Shown here: one piece after another, positions 8,591 to 15,813 of the stretch
Position numbering within the stretch: the first letter of the stretch is position 1
Layout: each line of letters opens with the position of its first letter
Source: a virus
Lineage: Duplodnaviria > Heunggongvirae > Uroviricota > Caudoviricetes
Direction: 5' to 3' (one strand)
IMG/VR virus record: IMGVR_UViG_2778261619_000009
Length of the DNA stretch: 23,862 bases
The notes under the pieces: generated by a model
Database searches by the model: none
The model's input: the letters and a program-made list of their open reading frames with translations, nothing else
Told to the model about the DNA's origin: nothing
Program-made: the position numbers and the translations under genes

Positions 8591-9424
8591 TCAGCAATTG
8601 GTCAGAGTGTCAGCGGGGGCGTTACCGCCTGTTGCACGCTGGCGGTAGTCCTGGCGGCTGTCTTCATGACTCAGCTTATTCACCAGTTCGTTAAAGGCGG
8701 TCTGCTGTGCCTGCAGGGCAGTCTCCAGCTCAGACAGACGTTCTTCCTGCTCAGACAGGGATTTTTCGGTGCGTGCGCTCAGGTTCTGCTGCTCAGTGGC
8801 GACCAGCTCCACGGCCTTATGCACATCAGAGAACCGGGCGTCATCGGACTGCTCTTTTTTGGTAAACAGCGCCGTGACGCGGGCAAACAGGGACGGTTTG
8901 TCGTCCTGGACTTCTTCCAGTTCGATCACCGTTTCCTCTGCGGCGGTAAAGAGATTGGCGGGATTCTGCTTGCGGTTTGCCAGCGGGTTATGGGCTGCAC
9001 TGGCGCTGAATGTCAGCATTTCAGTGCCCAGACTGGCAGGGTCATCAGTGGCAGCCAGGCCGACCAGGTAGGCTTTGCCCGTATCAGCGAACTTCGGGCT
9101 GACTTCCATAGAGGTGAATAATTTCTGGCCTTTTTTCACCAGCTCCACCAGGGACTCCGTTGGCTCAACGTCGGCATACAGCGCCATCTTGCCTGCCAGC
9201 GGACCTTCCGTGATTTCTTCAGCAAACAGCGCCGTCACCTTGCCGTAGCGGTTAAAGGTGCTGTCCGGCAGATAAGACTTGATGTGCTCAAGGTTAATCA
9301 GCGCGGTATACACCGCCGGGTTATAGCTGGCTGCCATCTGTTCCAGCCATTCACGCTGGATTTCGCGTCCGTCGGTGGTGGCACCTTCCACCCCGATGCG
9401 AAAACGCTTTGCTTTCACTGTCAT
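8591..9424 (-). CDS. O: Capsid scaffolding protein/protease (P2 gpO-like)
   Basis: 277-aa ORF; N-terminal FRIGVEG.T.DGR...INLEH and CYLVGLA.TDDPASLGTE motifs and a coiled-coil C-terminus ending ...TNC, as in P2 gpO. Confidence 0.9.
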   Translation of the reverse strand: MTVKAKRFRIGVEGATTDGREIQREWLEQMAASYNPAVYTALINLEHIKSYLPDSTFNRYGKVTALFAEEITEGPLAGKMALYADVEPTESLVELVKKGQKLFTSMEVSPKFADTGKAYLVGLAATDDPASLGTEMLTFSASAAHNPLANRKQNPANLFTAAEETVIELEEVQDDKPSLFARVTALFTKKEQSDDARFSDVHKAVELVATEQQNLSARTEKSLSEQEERLSELETALQAQQTAFNELVNKLSHEDSRQDYRQRATGGNAPADTLTNC

Positions 9425-9566
9425 GAGCCGTGCTCCGTTAGAAAAAACTTACTGGAGCCTTATGGTTGCGGTGATAGGGGCAGTGAAACAATGCGCGGTA
9501 TTTGTACCGACAACCACACAAACCGCAGGCGGGGAAAGCCTTCATTCAAGGCTGTAGGTTTGTGCC
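9425..9566. promoter_or_regulatory. Divergent late-promoter region between O and P; contains a TGT-N12-ACA dyad at 9503..9520 (candidate Ogr/B-type late-activator site)
   Basis: 142-bp intergenic region between divergently transcribed O and P. The dyad TGTaccgacaaccacACA matches the TGT-N12-ACA element of P2-family late promoters; its spacing would place it ~-55 from a leftward O start site. No second clean dyad found for P. Confidence 0.4.
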
Positions 9567-11333
9567 ATGAACACCACACTGACACCCGCAGATCTCGATC
9601 CCCGTCGGCAGGCCATGCTGCTGTACTTTCAGGGATACCGCGTAGCCCGCATTGCTGAAATGCTGGGCGAGAAAGTTGCAACCGTTCACAGCTGGAAAAA
9701 ACGCGACAAGTGGGGTGACTATGGGCCGCTGGATCAGATGCAGCTCACCACCGCCGCACGCTACTGCCAGCTCATCATGAAGGAGCACAAAGAAGGGAAA
9801 GATTTCAAAGAGATTGACCTGCTGGCGCGCCAGTCTGAGCGCCACGCGCGGATCGGCAAGTTTAACAATGGCGGCAACGAAGCCGACTTAAACCCTAACG
9901 TCGCCAACCGCAACAAAGGCCCACGCCGTCAGCCTGAAAAGAATGTTTTCACCGATGAACAAATTGAGAAGCTGGAAGAAATTTTCCATTCCTCCATGTT
10001 TAACTACCAGCGCCACTGGTGGGAAGCCGGAAAAACCAACCGCATCCGCAACCTGCTAAAGTCACGCCAGATCGGCGCGACCTTCTATTTTGCCCGTGAG
10101 GCCCTGATTGACGCCCTGCTTACCGGACGTAACCAGATTTTCCTTTCTGCCAGTAAGGCACAGGCTCACGTCTTTAAGCAGTACATCATCGATTTCGCCA
10201 AAGAAGTCGAGGTGGAGCTGAAAGGTGATCCGATGGTGCTTCCTAACGGGGCCACGCTTTACTTCCTCGGCACCAATGCCCGCACGGCCCAGAGTTACCA
10301 CGGCAACCTGTATCTGGATGAATATTTCTGGATACCGAAATTCCAGGAGCTGCGCAAAGTGGCTTCCGGTATGGCTATTCACAAAAAATGGCGACAGACC
10401 TATTTTTCCACGCCATCCAGCCTGACACACAGTGCTTATCCGTTCTGGTCCGGTGCGCTGTTCAACCGAGGGCGCAACAAAGCCGATAAGGTGGACATCG
10501 ACCTGTCCCACAGCAATCTGGCCCCCGGCCTGCTGTGCGCAGACGGGCAGTACCGCCAGATAGTCACTGTGGAAGATGCGGTGCGCGGCGGATGTAACCT
10601 GTTCGACCTTGACCAGTTGCGCATGGAGTACAGCCCGGACGAATACCAGAATCTGCTGATGTGTGAGTTCGTGGACGATCTCGCGTCCGTATTCCCGCTC
10701 AGCGAGCTGCAGGCGTGCATGGTAGACAGCTGGGAAGTCTGGACCGACTTTCATGCACTGGCGCTGCGCCCGTTTGGCTGGCGCGAAGTGTGGATCGGTT
10801 ATGACCCGGCAAAAGGTACGCAAAACGGCGACAGCGCCGGATGCGTGGTGGTGGCACCGCCAGCCGTGCCGGGTGGTAAGTTCCGCATTCTTGAGCGTCA
10901 CCAGTGGCGCGGGATGGACTTCCGCGCCCAGGCTGACGCCATCAAAAAACTGACCGAACAGTACAACGTGACATACATCGGTATCGACTCAACCGGCGTC
11001 GGTCACGGGGTTTACGAGAACGTGAAAGCGTTTTTTCCTGCCGTCCGGGAGTTTGTCTACAACCCCAACGTTAAAAACGCCCTGGTACTCAAGGCCTACG
11101 ACATTATTAGCCACCGCCGCCTGGAGTTTGACGCCGGGCACACCGACATTGCGCAGTCATTCATGGCAATCCGTCGCGCCACCACCGCCAGTGGCAACCG
11201 CCCAACCTATGAAGCCAGCCGCAGCGAAGAAGCCAGCCACGCAGATTTGGCCTGGGCAACGATGCACGCACTGTTTAACGAACCGCTGCAGGGCGAAGCC
11301 GCCAATACCAGCAACATTGTGGAGATTTTCTGA
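9567..11333 (+). CDS. P: Terminase large (ATPase) subunit (P2 gpP-like)
   Basis: 588-aa ORF; deviant Walker A (LLKSRQIGAT), Walker B (LYLDEYFW), C-terminal nuclease-like domain; size as P2 P (~590 aa). Confidence 0.9.
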   Translation: MNTTLTPADLDPRRQAMLLYFQGYRVARIAEMLGEKVATVHSWKKRDKWGDYGPLDQMQLTTAARYCQLIMKEHKEGKDFKEIDLLARQSERHARIGKFNNGGNEADLNPNVANRNKGPRRQPEKNVFTDEQIEKLEEIFHSSMFNYQRHWWEAGKTNRIRNLLKSRQIGATFYFAREALIDALLTGRNQIFLSASKAQAHVFKQYIIDFAKEVEVELKGDPMVLPNGATLYFLGTNARTAQSYHGNLYLDEYFWIPKFQELRKVASGMAIHKKWRQTYFSTPSSLTHSAYPFWSGALFNRGRNKADKVDIDLSHSNLAPGLLCADGQYRQIVTVEDAVRGGCNLFDLDQLRMEYSPDEYQNLLMCEFVDDLASVFPLSELQACMVDSWEVWTDFHALALRPFGWREVWIGYDPAKGTQNGDSAGCVVVAPPAVPGGKFRILERHQWRGMDFRAQADAIKKLTEQYNVTYIGIDSTGVGHGVYENVKAFFPAVREFVYNPNVKNALVLKAYDIISHRRLEFDAGHTDIAQSFMAIRRATTASGNRPTYEASRSEEASHADLAWATMHALFNEPLQGEAANTSNIVEIF

Positions 11334-12058
11334 TGCACTCAACCCCAACTAACCTCATGACCACCGCCAGCCTGCCTGTAGATCGCCCTTTCTTTGCTTA
11401 CCAGCATGAATGGAACAGTGGCGCACGCAGCAGAAACCGCGTGCTTACAAAAATGCGTCAGGCTGGCGCGGATTTCTTTTTCGCCTACGAAGCCCTGAAC
11501 GATGCACTGCACACCGGACGCAACCAGATTTTTCTGGGCTGCACCCCGGCATCAGCCCTGACCGTCAAAACCTATATATCAGCTTTTTTAAGTGAGGCAG
11601 CAGCCTGGACGCATCTTGGGAAAATAAAATCAGGTAAAGCGCATCTGGAACTCCCAAACGGTGCGGTCATTTATTTTATCGGGCCGGAAAGTCTCGCTGC
11701 CGCGCTCCATGGAAACGTCTACGTGTCAGAGTATGCCTGGGCTGACTCCCCCAAAAATATGATTGCGCTCGCCAAAAGCCTGTCCATGCACGCGCGCTAT
11801 CACGCTACCTACTACACCACCCCAAGCCCCAGCCCGGAAGCATGGCAGGAATACAAGAATCTGATCGCCCGCAACAGCACTACCTGCATGACCTTTACCG
11901 CTGATGACGCTGCAGCATCCGGGGCTACGCTCGCAACCGGAGCCGCGCTCTTTGATGATGAATGGCTGAATGACATGAAAAAAGAATTATCACCGGAGGA
12001 CTGGAAAATGCTGTTTATGTGCGAATGGCCCCAGGCTGACAAGGAGCAGGCGGCATGA
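11333..12058 (+). CDS. Truncated, degenerate paralogue of the terminase ATPase domain (extra gene between P and Q)
   Basis: 241-aa ORF; ATG overlaps the P stop (TGATG) and its stop overlaps the Q start (ATGA). Aligns by eye to P residues ~140-370 (FFFAYEALNDALHTGRNQIFL vs FYFAREALIDALLTGRNQIFL; LPNGAVIYFIG vs LPNGATLYFLG) with Walker A/B positions altered (KMRQAGAD, VYVSEY). Confidence 0.6.
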   Translation: MHSTPTNLMTTASLPVDRPFFAYQHEWNSGARSRNRVLTKMRQAGADFFFAYEALNDALHTGRNQIFLGCTPASALTVKTYISAFLSEAAAWTHLGKIKSGKAHLELPNGAVIYFIGPESLAAALHGNVYVSEYAWADSPKNMIALAKSLSMHARYHATYYTTPSPSPEAWQEYKNLIARNSTTCMTFTADDAAASGATLATGAALFDDEWLNDMKKELSPEDWKMLFMCEWPQADKEQAA

Positions 12059-13095
12059 GCAAACGTAAAAACAAGAACAACCGCGCAGCGGTGGATCACA
12101 ACGCAGAATCTGGCGGCGCTGCGGCAGAGGCGTTTAGCTTTGGCGACCCGGTGCCGGTGTTAGACCGACGCGAATTGCTGGACTACGTGGAATGCGTGCA
12201 GATGGACCGCTGGTATGAGCCGCCGGTGAGCTTTGACGGACTGGCGCGGACCTATCGCGCTGCCGTGCATCACAGTTCACCAATTGCGGTGAAATGCAAC
12301 ATTCTGACCAGTACCTACATCCCTCACCCGCTGCTCAGCCAGCAGGCTTTTTCACGTTTTGTGCAGGACTATCTGGTATTTGGTAACGCCTACCTGGAGA
12401 AACGCACGAACCGCTTCGGTGAAGTTATCGCCCTTGAGCCTGCTCTGGCAAAATACACCCGACGCGGGTTAGACCTGGATACCTACTGGTTTGTGCAATA
12501 CGGTATGACAACCCAGCCGTATCAGTTCACGAAAGGCAGCATTTTTCATCTGATGGAACCGGACATCAACCAGGAGATCTACGGCCTGCCCGGTTATCTT
12601 TCTGCCATTCCGTCAGCCCTGCTCAACGAGTCCGCCACGCTGTTCCGCCGTAAGTATTACATCAACGGCAGCCATGCAGGCTTCATCATGTATATGACCG
12701 ATGCCGCGCAGAACCAGGAGGATGTGAACAACCTCCGCAACGCGATGAAAAGCGCCAAAGGCCCTGGCAACTTCCGCAATCTGTTTATGTACTCGCCTAA
12801 CGGCAAAAAGGACGGACTTCAGATTATCCCGTTGTCAGAAGTCGCAGCGAAGGATGAGTTTCTGAATATCAAGAACGTGAGCCGTGATGACATGATGGCT
12901 GCGCACCGCGTGCCGCCGCAAATGATGGGGATTATGCCTAATAATGTCGGGGGATTTGGTGATGTGGAAAAGGCCAGCAAAGTCTTTGTCCGAAACGAGC
13001 TAATTCCGCTACAGAAGCGGCTGCAAGAACTTAACCAATGGGTTGGTGAAGAGGTAGCTCGCTTTGAATCATATTGTCTAGAACCAAGGGAATAA
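12055..13095 (+). CDS. Q: Portal protein (P2 gpQ-like)
   Basis: 346-aa ORF; FSFGDPVPVLDRRELLDYVEC, ESATLFRRKYYINGSHAGFIMY and KVFVRNELIPLQ match my recollection of P2 gpQ (344 aa). Confidence 0.9.
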   Translation: MSKRKNKNNRAAVDHNAESGGAAAEAFSFGDPVPVLDRRELLDYVECVQMDRWYEPPVSFDGLARTYRAAVHHSSPIAVKCNILTSTYIPHPLLSQQAFSRFVQDYLVFGNAYLEKRTNRFGEVIALEPALAKYTRRGLDLDTYWFVQYGMTTQPYQFTKGSIFHLMEPDINQEIYGLPGYLSAIPSALLNESATLFRRKYYINGSHAGFIMYMTDAAQNQEDVNNLRNAMKSAKGPGNFRNLFMYSPNGKKDGLQIIPLSEVAAKDEFLNIKNVSRDDMMAAHRVPPQMMGIMPNNVGGFGDVEKASKVFVRNELIPLQKRLQELNQWVGEEVARFESYCLEPRE

Positions 13096-13097
13096 AT

Positions 13098-13133
13098 GTA
13101 CTGTTTGTTCAAATTGAACACACAGTACTTTTT
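13098..13133. terminator. Bidirectional intrinsic terminator hairpin between convergent Q and cargo ORF C
   Basis: 15-nt inverted-repeat arms gtactgtttgttcaa / ttgaacacacagtac (14 of 15 paired, 2-nt loop) followed by TTTTT on the plus strand and ATTTATT on the minus strand. Confidence 0.6.
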
Positions 13134-13139
13134 AATATA

Positions 13140-13979
13140 TTAGATGGCTGGGTTGATGTAATCACCCACGTCATCACCTTGTAGACTAATGTACTCAACC
13201 CGCCACTGGTCCATTCGCCGTAACGCATACAGACTGAATTCAACGTCAGGAACTGCGTTACAAGACATAAGCGCAATGAGTTCACTTTCAGACGCATCAC
13301 CATGGTACGTTACAAAGAACTCTTCAATTTGTGTTGCCGCCTGCTCTGCCTCTGCTCTTGCATCCGGCCCACCATCTATAGAATCATAGACAAGATGAAT
13401 ATTCAGTTCGTAAGGTACACCTTCCTCTAAATCATTGAAACGATCTTCGCCTAAATCAAAGAATATACCTATCAAATAGACTGAATGTTTGCTAATTATC
13501 TTTGCGAGTTCTTTTTCGAATCTAAATTTCTTTGTGTCGAAAGCTCTTAGCCTACTCTCAAAAACATCAGGAAAGGCAGGTCGCCCATAGCGGGCAGCAA
13601 GCCATTGTTTTAAACCTTGCTTTTCCTCAGGGGATATTTGGCAAGTAGGGTCACATCCCACACACGTGAAACGTTCTTTATCAATACGAAATTTGTTGTC
13701 ATGTCTTAGTTCAATTGCATTTTGATTCGCGTCACGCGCTTGCTCTAAATGCAAATGCAGAACTCTGGGATGTTTAGCACGTGCATAATTGCTGGCCCCC
13801 TTAATGAGAGGGCCAGCAATAAGCTCAACGCTGGGTTCAGAAGAGCTTTGCAAGTCACAATCATGACTGATCACGACAACTTTAACGCCTATTTCCTCTT
13901 CGGTAAGAATACCCAAAGAAACCGCATCCTCATGCCTAAGAACCTGGCCTTGGCGCCATGCTGTAGCAATATCAACCAT
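13140..13979 (-). CDS. Cargo protein C, 279 aa, unknown function (contains HDC...CVGCDPTC cysteine cluster)
   Basis: ATG at 13979, 10 nt after the ORF B stop; AT-rich codon usage unlike flanking phage genes; no recognisable family motif by eye. Confidence 0.7.
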   Translation of the reverse strand: MVDIATAWRQGQVLRHEDAVSLGILTEEEIGVKVVVISHDCDLQSSSEPSVELIAGPLIKGASNYARAKHPRVLHLHLEQARDANQNAIELRHDNKFRIDKERFTCVGCDPTCQISPEEKQGLKQWLAARYGRPAFPDVFESRLRAFDTKKFRFEKELAKIISKHSVYLIGIFFDLGEDRFNDLEEGVPYELNIHLVYDSIDGGPDARAEAEQAATQIEEFFVTYHGDASESELIALMSCNAVPDVEFSLYALRRMDQWRVEYISLQGDDVGDYINPAI

Positions 13980-13989
13980 AAATGACTAT

Positions 13990-14631
13990 CTACTCCTTCA
14001 TTCCTGAACCAGGTATAGAAACAGACGACATCCACCCGTCAGTTGGCGTGCTTTTGCTCCCAGTTAAATTCGCTTTTACACCTGCAATTTTAAGCTGGCG
14101 AGCTTCATCGATTAAGAGATTCACAGACGACTTCCAGTCATCGCCTCGCTTAATCAAATCAATAATAGATAAGCCGTCAAACGCTTTCATTTTTGACATC
14201 AACTTAGCATTTTCTACTCCTGCTTTGTTAAAGCGATCGGCTAATCTACTGAGTTCAATGATGTAACCAGCTTTCCCAATATCATCAGGCTGACTGTCAC
14301 CGGATAACCATTTGTATAATGCTTGCCTAGTAATACCCAAATCTTTAGCCAGTTCTGACATTGATGGAGAAAGAGTATCCCTAACATTACTTAAATGTTC
14401 TGAAATTGTCCTGATATCAACAGGGTCATTATCTGTATCCCCATGATTTTCAAGTTTAGATAACCCAAAATGGACTTTAGGTTGTACAAAACCACGCCAC
14501 TGGTTTACATCCTTCACAGAATAGCTCGCTCCTGTTCCACTCAGGAACATAGAGGTTGCAACAAATAACGCTCCAGCAATAGGAGCTAAACCAGGAGTCC
14601 CATAGCAACTACCAGTCATGGATTGACGCAT
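13990..14631 (-). CDS. Cargo protein B, ~213 aa: N-terminal hydrophobic segment plus XRE/Cro-type helix-turn-helix
   Basis: Track ORF starts at GTG 14658; trimmed to ATG 14631 preceded by GGGGAGGTG. Hydrophobic stretch LAPIAGALFVATSMFL (residues ~15-30) and HTH SMSELAKDLGITRQALYKWLSG (residues ~90-110). Confidence 0.7.
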   Translation of the reverse strand: MRQSMTGSCYGTPGLAPIAGALFVATSMFLSGTGASYSVKDVNQWRGFVQPKVHFGLSKLENHGDTDNDPVDIRTISEHLSNVRDTLSPSMSELAKDLGITRQALYKWLSGDSQPDDIGKAGYIIELSRLADRFNKAGVENAKLMSKMKAFDGLSIIDLIKRGDDWKSSVNLLIDEARQLKIAGVKANLTGSKSTPTDGWMSSVSIPGSGMKE

Positions 14632-14648
14632 ATTACACCTCCCCGGTG

Positions 14649-15455
14649 TTATACCCACCTATTAATGGCATGTTGGGATACCATTTTATTAAAGCTTTCC
14701 TTTACAACACCATGTAGTGAATTGAACTGTTGCTCAATTGAATCTATTTCTGGCGGCATGTTTCCTTCAACATAATGGTCTGTATCAATAATTCCATGCC
14801 AAAGAGCCTTGTCGCTCCTGAACCGCTCAAGCATTTCAACCCCAAAGGGCAAGATATCTGGAGGAAAACTCAACTGACCAAACATCTTATGCAAACGAGT
14901 TACTAAAAAGCCAGTACTTATAACAGGACCAACATTTGTTTGGAAAACCATCTCGTTAACCGATTGTATCGGAGATAAATCCAAATCTACACCATGTAAG
15001 CCATTGCAAAGGTACTGCTCAATCTTTTCACCCTCACTAGGTATTACGGCATCCAGATACCTCAAACCAAGTCTTGTCAAAAGGGCTGGGTTAGCATGTT
15101 CTATTACGACAGACAATCCTTCCATCAATGCTTTAAAGAACGGTTCATGTTCTTTGTAATCAGTCGTCTGGAAAGTAATAAAATCGTTACCCAAGACAAA
15201 ACCTGAAGTCTTAGTGATGTCAGACATATACCACTGCTGGACCATTTCAAAAGATGGCTGAGGCGATTCACCGGGCGTATTAACATCAAACACCATTTGC
15301 ATTGCCTCTCTTCTTTCAAAGAGTGGATAGCCCCTTAAACGCAATGCTTCCTGAATGTCATCGACATACTTTTTCATCGCCTTGATAGGCGTAAACTTAA
15401 CTTGCGCCAGCACATAGTATACGGGTGCATTGGACATGCGATTGCTGTCACTCAT
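14649..15455 (-). CDS. Cargo protein A, 268 aa, unknown function
   Basis: ATG at 15455 preceded by AGGAGGG (spacing 4); AT-rich; first gene of the three-gene operon. No nucleotide-binding or nuclease motif recognised. Confidence 0.7.
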   Translation of the reverse strand: MSDSNRMSNAPVYYVLAQVKFTPIKAMKKYVDDIQEALRLRGYPLFERREAMQMVFDVNTPGESPQPSFEMVQQWYMSDITKTSGFVLGNDFITFQTTDYKEHEPFFKALMEGLSVVIEHANPALLTRLGLRYLDAVIPSEGEKIEQYLCNGLHGVDLDLSPIQSVNEMVFQTNVGPVISTGFLVTRLHKMFGQLSFPPDILPFGVEMLERFRSDKALWHGIIDTDHYVEGNMPPEIDSIEQQFNSLHGVVKESFNKMVSQHAINRWV

Positions 15456-15570
15456 GTCGCCCTCCTAATTTTAAAATCCATCAATAACGTTCTTTTCAAT
15501 ATAGTTTACATCTTGGTTGACACATTAACCATAACAAAGTTCCATCAAAACATCTTTTGATAACTTTATA
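15456..15570 (-). promoter_or_regulatory. AT-rich leader/promoter region of the cargo operon
   Basis: ~115 bp AT-rich sequence between the cos-like site and the ORF A start, with a TAAAAT -10-like hexamer on the minus strand and a strong SD; exact promoter not resolved. Confidence 0.3.
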
Positions 15571-15589
15571 TTTAAACTACCGGGCGCGC

Positions 15590-15608
15590 GCTCGTATCCC
15601 CGCCACGC
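15590..15608. other. cos: Candidate cos (cohesive-end) site of the prophage
   Basis: Minus-strand reading GGCGTGGCGGGGATACGAG within a short GC-rich island in an otherwise AT-rich intergenic region. From memory the P2/186 19-nt cohesive ends begin GGCGAGG/GGCGTGGCGGGGAAAGCA..., so the first 13 nt match 186; location is the expected A-to-Q interval. Confidence 0.5.
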
Positions 15609-15653
15609 CTGCCCGCTTTATGTAGTGGTTTTCATGCACCTGCATGATCTACG

Positions 15654-15677
15654 CAAAAGCCCGCCAGTTCTGGCGGG
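15654..15677 (-). terminator. Intrinsic terminator of the SOS-regulated small-ORF/DinI-like operon
   Basis: GC-rich hairpin gcccgccag / ctggcgggc; on the minus strand it is followed by UUUUG, ~135 nt downstream of the DinI-like stop. Confidence 0.6.
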
Positions 15678-15813
15678 CCTTAGCAAAAACGATCCTCAAA
15701 CGATCATGCGATCTCATGCGGCATAGACATGCACTACAGAGCTAACGCCTCGCAAGGACTCGTTGTTCAACCTTGCTGACGCCAGAAGCAAGTTCAGACG
15801 CCAGCAACGTTTC

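Noticed and set aside
8033-9121. Plus-strand 362-aa ORF
   Set aside because: Lies antisense across the N and O genes, whose minus-strand products have convincing capsid/scaffold signatures; its composition (Gln/Leu/Val/Gly runs) is typical of an antisense artefact.
10062-10901. Minus-strand 279-aa ORF
   Set aside because: Entirely antisense within the terminase gene P, which has clear ATPase motifs on the plus strand.
13098-13129. Possible LexA-like half-sites (tactgt ... acagta) at the outer ends of the Q/cargo hairpin
   Set aside because: The CTGT and ACAG elements are ~22 nt apart rather than the 8-nt spacing of a LexA box; the structure is better explained as a terminator stem.
13109-13303. 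64-aa minus-strand ORF spanning the Q/cargo terminator
   Set aside because: Starts within the terminator hairpin and overlaps the 3' end of cargo gene C in another frame; no translation signals.
15125-15319. 64-aa minus-strand ORF
   Set aside because: Nested in another frame inside cargo gene A; no SD; AT-rich sequence readily yields short spurious frames.
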